Below are positions 54,628-64,000 of a DNA stretch of 64,000 nt, piece by piece. The stretch's first letter is position 1. Every line of letters begins with the position of its first letter. Position numbers and translations under genes: made by a program. Source of the DNA: Blasia pusilla (taxonomy: Eukaryota); NCBI GenBank assembly GCA_050084515.1, contig CM114271.1, positions 38,750,001 to 38,814,000 on the forward strand. The letters are read 5' to 3'. The notes under the pieces are model-generated. The model had not been told where the DNA came from, ran no database searches, and saw nothing but the letters and a program-made list of their open reading frames with translations.

Positions 54628-57360
54628 ACTTTTCTAGATTTCCTCCGGTATTAGTGTTTATAAGACATATAAGACAATATTATATTCAAGAGATCTTTGT
54701 ACCACGACCTTCTTGGATAGAAAGTGCCATAGGAAAGTCAAAACGCTCTCATGGAAGAGTGAGATGAAAAGTGGCGTTGTATTGATTCCAAATGGCATGA
54801 TGTGGTCAAAGCTAGATCATCATACAACATCTTATTTATAAATTGAAAGAAATAGGGAAGAAACAAATTGGGGAAAAAAAAGAATCAGGTATCTCCACTT
54901 TAAACATGGAGTATGCTTAAATGGATTTGGGTTTGTGGGGTTTCGCTTTTGAGGGAAGGCTTTGCTAAAAGGGATATTTTTCTCTCATTGGAGGAACAAC
55001 ATGGGTCACGCTGAAGCAATTTTTTTTGGAAAGAATCCATATAATTATATAAAAGAAGAAAACTTCCAAAAAGTACAAAAAAAAGGCAACATCATCCTAA
55101 GGAAGCAAGAAAGGAAAAAAGGAACGCAAATATAAACTTTGGGCATAATAGACTTGGGTATCCTTATGAAGTTGAGGTGGTCCCTTATTGTACTTGTATC
55201 ATTTTTTTCACTTCATAAGCAAGTGCCACTCACTCACTTCCTTTTCCACTAATATATTCCAACGACTTGAAAGGAAATCATGTTTATCATGATTGCCTCG
55301 TGACAAATCTTTCAAAAGGATTCATTTTATCTAGAAAGACCTCGTTTATCGTGCCAATACGATAAAGGGTTCCATGAAGTAAATGGTGGGCAAAAGTTTT
55401 TGTGTTTCCAACCCACTTTATGTAGTGGGGTGGAGATGTCCTTAGTAAGGTTAAAAACAAATTTAGCTTGTATATTATAATGTAAAGATTGTGGTGATGA
55501 ATGATTGTAACAGTTAATTTATTTGAATTTGATATCAAAAAATTTCTAATATCTAGAATTGGGTGTAGAAGTAGTTAAAAGTGAGTACTTCAAGTTGATA
55601 TTAATCTATTGGTTCGAATAGTAACATCATAACATGTGCACAAAAATTACCATGGAGTGTTGAAAGGGGATTATACCCTTGATAGCGCTCATTTATAAAT
55701 TTTAAAATTTGAGAGTGAGTCCTTGGTACATTGCACTAAGGCTAAGCTCATGCTTTGAGCTTGGAGTCTCTTGAGTTACGGATGGGCTAGGATTGATATA
55801 GAAGTAACATCTCTTTATTAAGTTTTTTTCTCACATCTCTTTATTGAAAGCATGGGGTGCATATGTAGTATAACTATCCTTCATGGTTCGGCACTAGAGT
55901 ATAGATTGCATTAGGTGTACCTGTGCAACCTACTCTCTTTCCAAGAGGCAATCGTGTGTAGTTGTCCTAGGATTCATTTAGATGGATAGAACTTAGAAAT
56001 GCATTGGTGATAGCCAACATATGCTAATAGCACAAAAATTTCAAAATGAGTCATCATAGTTGAAGTTTCAAATATTAAGGATTTCACCTTCTCATATGCC
56101 TATGTTTACTAATATTACTCTATTGAAGTTCTCATCCATGGAGTTGCTTCCTCCATGGTATTCTCCTTAATAGCTACCCTTAACAATACCAATGGAATCT
56201 AAATACTTGAGATATATTAGGAAGAAGGAACATATGAATTCATATCTAAAGTGCCTACATGCATGAATACTAAATCTACAATAATGAAAAAATGACACAT
56301 TAGGCCTAAATTCGTCAATTAATAATATGCATGCATGATATTGGTTGATAGTTGGAGAATTAATATCTATTGATTCAAAAAATACGTGAGATGAAGAAAT
56401 TCCTATTTAATAATTGGAAGGAGATGCGAAAAATTCATTTGACTTTAAAAGAAGAGAAACATCCATTTGACTTTAAAAGAAGAGGTGAGTAGAAAGTTAT
56501 ATGACTAATATGACTTAGCATAGGCCCATTTCCTAGAAAAAGATTGAGGATGTACTCGTTTCATGTGGGTTTTTCTTTGTATATGGATTAGGTCCCACCT
56601 TTCCACATGAAGAAAAAGAAGAACCAAGAAGCACTCCATCACAAATAAAAGAACCGGGGATGGGGTCAGAAAAGGAAGGGATGTAGGTGGGGAAAAGCAA
56701 AACCCCACAAGGTAGAAAATTGCCCCCATGGGTAAAGGGAGGAGAGCACTCTCAACTTTTCCATGAATTTTTAGTGCAATACACTGCCAATAAATAAAGC
56801 AAAATTCAAGAAGATCAAAAAGTTTAAAAAATTGTCACTATGGTGAATGGAGGATGGGGTTGAGAGGATCATCCGCATCCGACAAAACAATTATGATGAA
56901 ACAATGAAGTAAGGTCTCAAACAAAAAATCAAAAGGTCTTTTAAAAAACATGATGTCCGATTTAGTAAGTAATGAACATGGCATTTAGGGTCATGAAGAT
57001 AGTCATTTGGAGAATCTTGAGGGGAATTCTTCATGAGAGTAGTCATGTGTGACAGTGTGAGAGTTCAAGGTGATGAGTTATGTGATAGCCCTAGAGGGAG
57101 GTCCTCGTAGAATGAAAACTTGAGGAGTTTCTGAGTGTGAGCTCAAACACTGAAAAAACTAAATAATTATGGACTCAAAAGGTGATGGAGGTTTCCTAAT
57201 GTAAAAGATGGATGAGGGCGAACAAAATTTGCCAATCTTTTCTATGTTCAGTTTGAGAAAATAACTCAACCGATCTTGACAGCCTCACCCAAACTCATTA
57301 AAAGAAATGGAGGATTAGTTTCATTCTCAACCCATCAAAATCCTCCACCTCTATATCTTT

Positions 57361-60300
57361 CTAGAATTTGTCCTTGGCACTGCGCACGGCTGCAAAGACT
57401 TCGGCATCAGTGGCAGAACTGGGCTTCTTGACACTTTCCCGCAATTCCAAACTGAAAGGTCGCAAGAATGGATTAAAGCTCTTCTCTTCTCCAATTGTGG
57501 TGGGAATCTGCACAAGACAGATAGGGAACACCATATGACAAGTCGGTCTCATCATCTCATCCTACTATGCTCTTAAATCACACCAAAACAAGAAGTCAAA
57601 GTCTTCAAACTCATTTCAAAACATCCCCATTAGCTCTTTGATCCAGTGCTACTATCACTGCCTTGCACTCGTGCACACACACACCCAGAAGTAGTGGGAA
57701 GTAATAACATTGGGCGAGCACCCGTATTTTGAGAATTTCCGAGAATCATTTAAAAGCTTTTGAAAAATGCTGGCAAAGAAAGGTTGCTCCCATTGTATCA
57801 TTTTGAAAAAGAAGACAATCTCAGAAACGAGCCACATGTAATCTCAGGCGACCGACACTCTTGACAGTTAAAAAGGATTCTGCAGCGGAAGCAACATGAA
57901 ACCCAGTAGGACATGTGAAGCTTTGACATGCCTTGCACAAACATGACCAATACCCTGGAGAGTGAAAAAGATATTTGTCTGCAGAGGAAGGACCGTAAAA
58001 CCCCAGTGGACATGTGAAGCTTTGACATGCCTTACACAAACATCAACAACACCCTGGACAGCCAAAAAGGTACTTGTCTGCAGAGGAAGCAACAACGCAA
58101 GGGGCCATGTGGAGCTTTGACATGCATTAAACAAACTTGAGCACAACCTTCTGTTAAACATAGACAAGCCCCATACTGCCTATTTAGGTTGTAGGAGGGT
58201 TGGTGTGACTTACTGTTGGTTGGCCCTTTTCGCGCAGCTGCTCAATGAGTGCCTTGTGAGACTGCAGAGCTTCATTCTTTGGTTCCACTGATATTGCGAA
58301 TTTGGAGTTTGCCTGTAGGAGCACAGATCAAATCAGTCAGGACATGATAATACAGACCAAATAGAAAAGGACTGACACCTGACAAAGGAGTTATCGGTAA
58401 ACTTTTTGGCCCATGACCCAACAAAAAACACAAGAGTTTTCAGTGGAGAGTCGACAGAACCTTAAATCCTGGTGTTAGCAGCTTGTATTTGCTGTTAGCT
58501 CTCAAAGCTAGATCGCTATTGTGATTCCAAAGAAGTTGACTTTACTGCAAGGTAACTCACTTGTAAGCAACAACGATTCAGAGGTCTCTGTGTGATAGTG
58601 AAAGCAAAGGAAAATAGGAATACCAAGGAATACTCATGGCCACAGAAAACTCGGGTGTCATCTGGCAGCGATGCCAGCTTTGAGAGGGAGTCCCACATCT
58701 GGAGCACAAAGAAGATTCTACATTAGTCTAACCACTTCCAGTCTCAAAACGCGTCCTTGTGGAAGCAGAAAGCAGGGTTCATGTTCAGAACACTAGCAAG
58801 AAAAAGTATACTCATTCCCTAAAGGTGCCTGATGGGACAGGCATAATAGCTATGTACTTCATTATCCCAATATTCAACTGTTTGTCAATTCATGAATGTG
58901 GGGTGCATGACCAAGGATTTGCCTTGGATCAGCGACACTTGTGTTCTGTGCAGAGGCCACTAGAAGGTATCATGAAAAATATGAAATGTTCCTGAAAGAT
59001 GCTGAATCAGGATGAAAGATGAACCTGTTCCATAGTCCCTTCAAAAACCCTTCCACATCCAATAGAAAATAAAGTGTCGCCAGTGAAAACAGCTTTGGAA
59101 TCTTCGAAGTAGTAGCACACATGCCCTGCACTCAAACCTTGATAAGTGAAATAGAATCTCAAAAGAGTTCTTCCGGAAACTTCCTTGGTCTATACTACAC
59201 CAATCATGTTTGCTCCTCTCTCACTAACTCTAGGCATTTGTGCTTGACTGTTTCAATCATGCACACAATAGAAATCTATTCCCATCACATTCCTGATGAC
59301 TGCCATGGTTTCATTGAGAACGAGCCAAATGTGTTTGAGGCTACACATTGCTGTGTCAGTTATATAGAGACTCTTGTTTCTGGCTCGAATACTGTGCAAA
59401 AGAACTTGCAGTTCCTGCAAGACCCAGAAGAATGACTTCACTACAATGCTAAATTGATACCCCATCTGCTTTCATGAACTCAAACATAACTACCTGATGG
59501 AAATCCCCGAAACTAAAATCTTGAAGATCATGCATGCGTCCATGAAGGTAACAGTACATGAATAACTAACCAGGAGTGCTTGTAAAGTTTTAAAACATAC
59601 CTTGCAGAAGTGAGAAACGGGAACTTCCTAGGTGCAAAACAAAGGGTAGGAAAATTGAATATTGGGAAATTTTGAACACCCCAACTAAACCGTTGTCCAT
59701 GGTTTACGGTTCTGACATGCTGAAAATGAAAATTCCTCACAGGCTGGTGTACATATCCCCAGTGGCTGAAAGAAATGAAACAGTGGGCAACCCAAACTAA
59801 ATTGTGTTCAGAAATCCGTCTGTGTCACACATGCAATTCTCTCAGGATTGAAGGGGATTACCCACCTCGTGTATGCCCAGGACAATCCAATGCTTGCATC
59901 ACATGGTTTCCAAACTTCCAGCTCTCATTGCTCAGAGCAATATCAATCTCTGGGATCCGATCCTTGTCAGCCTTTGGGCCCACAACCTACAGTCACAAAG
60001 CCAAATTCATCAGCCACTTCAACCCCTTCACCACCACCAAAAAGAAGACCTGGACTCAAATACTTTGTGTGGAGTTCATTTGGTATCAGTACGTCCTGTG
60101 ATTTGATAGACTGGAGGGAATAGACCTACAAATGCGCGATTTCACCAAGAACAGGCACACTATGTCAGAACAAACTACATATACATCCTCCCCATTGGTG
60201 ATTTAGTTGCAACCTCTGCCCCGTTGGGATCTGACAGAAACCCCCGAATCCACATTTTCTGTCCTTCCCTCTATTTACCTCGGACATCAGCCCTCTCGAC

Positions 60301-61168
60301 CACAAGGAATAGTTTGGATTCTCAATTTCGGGTTCAACAGCAAACCCGAAAAGAGGATCATTTTCTTTCCTTCCTGTATATTCAAATGCTGCAAATTTTG
60401 TGATTTCAAGTCCCATGGCCCTCTTGGATCCCCGTGGTCAATAAAGCTCATTCATTCTCTTCGAAATATCTGGATTTCCAGGAGGAGACCACAGAAACAA
60501 ATGTAAAAATGCGAGTGGAGCATAAATTTCGCCGATAGAACTGGATTCATAGATACAAACCTTCGCATTAAATTTCCGTTTGAGTTCTGCATTTCCACCG
60601 GTATGATCCCAGTGATGGTGGGTGTTGAGAACATAGTCCAGCGACAGACCTTTTTCTTTCAGTGCCCTCACAACAGGTTCCGCCTCAGAAGGGTCTACTA
60701 TACCCGTCACTCCTGAGCTCGTGTCATGCAGCAGATATGCATAATTGTCTTGCAGACATGGGACCTACAAACCACACCACCCATTAAAAATCGATCCACT
60801 TCAAATAATTCAAGTTCGTTTATCACAAGCAGCAACTGTTATCGATGAATCTGGAAGTCACAAAACTGTCTACTCCAGTCCAACGACATCCACTGCTGCT
60901 CTAACAAGTCCAACTCGCCCGAAGTGTGCGGTCTTCTTCACGAGAATTTCTTGCCGTCCCACGGGTGTGCATAATTCAGCCACGCAACATCCAATTTCCC
61001 ACCAGACTATCTCACTGAAGTGCGACACCAGCAACTTCTGCTCTCAGCATTCAAATTCGACCAAAATGTTGAGCCATCTTCACCAGAATGTTTTGCCCTT
61101 TCACTGATTAACTTAACTCGGCAGCACAAGAACCAATTTACCAGCGCAATTTGCAATGATGAGTCCAT
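57361..61168 (-). CDS. GLX2: Hydroxyacylglutathione hydrolase (glyoxalase II), 7 coding exons
   Basis: GT-AG exons 61168-61142, 60764-60561, 59986-59866, 59125-59025, 58698-58624, 58312-58214, 57507-57361 splice in frame. Motifs [48 protein letters not shown]-terminus uncertain. Confidence 0.96.
57871..58137. repeat. Intronic tandem repeat, ~99 bp x ~2.7
   Basis: ctgcag(c/a)ggaag...catgtg(a/g)agctttgacatgc occurs three times in the last GLX2 intron. Confidence 0.9.
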
Positions 61169-62146
61169 GGGATCTCTAAAATCCGTCCAAGTAGAGCTCC
61201 CAAACACACTCTTTCAGCCCAGAACTCCAACCGAACTCCCAGAGATTTACTTTCCCACCCGACTTCCCCGCCTCCTCCTGTACGTCAGAAAATTCAGTGA
61301 TCCCCTAACCCCAAGAAGACTGCACACTACTACTCTCACTCGATGCTCCTGGCACTTTTCCCTTTCTCAACCTTCTAAACTTGGCCCCCAGCAACCCTCC
61401 AATTCCAGTCTCCAGCTTTGGACCCACATTCCACCAGCTTTGACCCTTTTTCACACTTTCGCCGCTCCCAGGTGTTCACCAGCTGAAGATTGTCCCCGGC
61501 TCATGGAGAACGCACCACATGGCAAATCCTAGACTGCCCAACGTGAGGCTCTTGGCATTTGTCACTACTTTACTTTGCATGTCATAATTTCAGGACTCCG
61601 CAAGATTGGGCCCTTTAGGGTACTCTAATCCGCTGCGGTTAAACAAGAACTGCCAGCTTAACTAACGAGCAGGATAAGTTCAGGGTTAATTAGCCAGTGA
61701 AGTGAGCCCACAGAGGAGACAGACCTGGCGATGGATAACATGAGAGCGCATTGGACTGCAATGTGCTACAGAGGTGTTTTGACATTACCCAAGTTCGATT
61801 CTTGCGTGCTTGTGCTCTCACTACAGTGGAGTAGAGAAGCCGCACTTAGGGGGTGTGGTATAGTGATATAAGGAGATGTTAGTAGTAGGGTTTTCAGAGG
61901 GTAGGAGTGGTTACTCGGTGATCTCTGGAATGGGAAGTAGGAGGGGTTTCAGGAGTTGTGAGAGTTGATTGTTGCGCATAAATGTAGGAGTCTGCCAATG
62001 AATGTGTTCACAAGTGTGAGGATTCTGCCGTGGGTTGGAATTTTCTTCGCCTGTATGGATTTCGGGGGGTATGGAAGGAGTGGTGGTGGAGGGTGTAATT
62101 CGCAATGAGGACTGTGGAACAAATATAACTGTAGAGCTTAGCAGCG
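61169..62146. promoter_or_regulatory. Divergent promoter/5' UTR region shared by GLX2 and TGD1
   Basis: Head-to-head start codons ~980 bp apart; regulatory role inferred from geometry only. Confidence 0.55.
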
Positions 62147-63778
62147 ATGGCAATCTCGTCTTGTCTAGAGCCTTCAGTTTCGCCACATAGTGCTCTTGTG
62201 CAGCAGGCGCAGCAGAGCTGCGGCAGCTTCGGAAGCAAGTCAATGTTTGAGATTTCTTCACCTGTTTTTCAGTCTCTGCCGAGCTCCCATTTCTTCTCGC
62301 CATTTTCAAGGACCTCGCCAGCGACCCGAACTCGTTCCCTGAAATCTGTCAATTCCTGCATTCGCTCCCAACATCGACATGGATCCCTGCAATGCATCGC
62401 ACCTGAGGTTTCCGAGAACTTCTCCTTCGCTGGGGCTAATGGACTCCGGAGGATCGCTTCCATCGAACGTAGGTTTCCGAGCATGAATTCGCTGAATGGA
62501 GGAAAGGAATTCGGGCTGAGCAGAAGGAAGGAACTGCTGGCAAGGGCCAGAGCTTCCATATCCATTTCTACCGCGGTTGTCGGAGAAGACGATGGTGCCA
62601 CGACTCCCCAGCCCATAGCGGACCTCCAGCAGCAGGCGAAAAGAATACCTCTGCTGGCAAATTGGAAGCCACCTCGCTACGTCTGGAGATCCGTTGCTTG
62701 TCTCATCATTGCTGGCCAGGTACATCATCAATCGAAACACAAATTAGGCTTCTTCATGGTGACGTGAATCCTACCTCTGGACGAATTCTTCCAAGACTCC
62801 TGTGTGCTGCCTTCTTCCAGAAACAGTGAAATCTCAACTCTTCCATCACCGCAACCCTTAATGAGCTTCAAAGTTGTCACTGCTGGATTTTAAATCAATT
62901 TCAGTGGTAGAGCTTGGCACCACTGAAACTTCCACCCATCTCTAGGAATACCCATGTGCAGTTGTTGATAGCCAAACCCTTTACAAAGCTTAAAAGGAAA
63001 CTTGTGTTCCAGATGGAGAAGTGTCTGTTGAGGGCACATGAAGGACATGCGGATATTAGGGTTCTGATTTGAACGTCGAGAGAATGCTGCGTGAGAATTA
63101 TTTAAGAATAACTGAATCTATAAAGAGAGGCTTTTCTACTCACATTTATCAATTGTGGCCTGTGATGGTTTGCCATGTTCTTTGTTCCACTGTGCTCTTG
63201 AAGTAGGGTTTTCTCTCCTGAAACTAAACTTCTACTCCCCTCACAGGTAATTGTGAGAGTGTTTACTGGAAAGATTCATGTGCGGAATTCCATACAGCAA
63301 CTTGAATCGGTGGGACCTCATTCACTTGGTGTGAGTCTGCTGACCGCATCCTTTGTTGGGATGGTCTTCACAATCCAGGTATGTCTATTCTTTAATCCTT
63401 TTGAGGTGGTTCCCGTGTTGTGATTTGCCACCTTCATTCTTAGATTTCTCAACTGTCATTCTGCTCTGGCTCACCACCTTGAAAGTTGGGTACTTACCTT
63501 ACTTGTGTCGATGGACTTCTTGTAGTGTCTTTTAACTCACTCAACACTATATTCAGCTTATCCGTTAGGATATGTCACACAAGCTGCTTTGGAAGAAGTC
63601 TTACTGAATTGAATCTTTCCTGCAGTTTGTTCGTGAGTTCGCACGGTTGGGCTTAACCAGGTCGGTTGGAGGTGTGCTCGCCTTAGCACTGGCTAGGGAA
63701 CTTTCGCCTGTGGTTACTGCCATCATTCTGGCTGGACGAATTGGCAGTGCCTTTGCTGCAGAACTTGGGACAATGCAG
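62147..63778 (+). CDS. TGD1: TRIGALACTOSYLDIACYLGLYCEROL 1, chloroplast MlaE-type lipid ABC permease (first 3 exons; continues beyond window)
   Basis: Exons 62147-62719, 63247-63378, 63626-63778 in frame. Ser-rich transit peptide; [70 protein letters not shown]. Confidence 0.96.
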
Positions 63779-64000
63779 GTATGTCCTTTTGCCTTGTGTG
63801 TAGTACAAGGCTTCAGTCCTATAGTATCATTCCTGTGATGTCCAATTACCGACTTGAACAGTAGGGCTGCCCACATAATGGTCTAGGTTTTGCAGGCCGA
63901 GTCCAGTCCCATTAGAAATTATAGTTCACAATTTCATATGAAACTGGTAACGTCTCACACAGCCTCTGGTCTGAAATGTTGAGGTCAAGCTTTGGCTTGG

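Noticed and set aside
57871-58137. CRISPR-like array
   Set aside because: Eukaryotic intron; the intervening sequences are homologous, so it is a simple tandem repeat.
61020-61532. 170-aa + strand ORF
   Set aside because: Antisense to the GLX2 first exon/UTR; non-ATG start and no recognisable domain.

Overview
Eukaryotic, intron-containing land-plant genomic DNA; a bryophyte or other non-seed plant is my inference, not something shown. The first ~40 kb is a nest of degenerate transposons: a Helitron remnant (1-~4.9 kb), three copies (A, B, C) of one unusual Ty3/Gypsy-type family, a hAT transposase remnant and a near-complete CRE-like non-LTR element. The Gypsy family has the order gag(2 zinc knuckles)-protease-C5 DNA methyltransferase (DNMT3-like)-RT-RNase H-integrase-PHD finger, so it carries both a methylation 'writer' and a histone 'reader'. 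Copy A (7349-18047) has TGTC...GACA ends and a 4-bp TSD, sits inverted inside the leader of copy B, and shows no long terminal direct repeats. All copies are pseudogenised. The distal part holds a small basic plant ORF, glyoxalase II (GLX2, 7 coding exons) and, head-to-head with it, TGD1 (runs off the window). Coordinates of degenerate domains are approximate and were read by eye.
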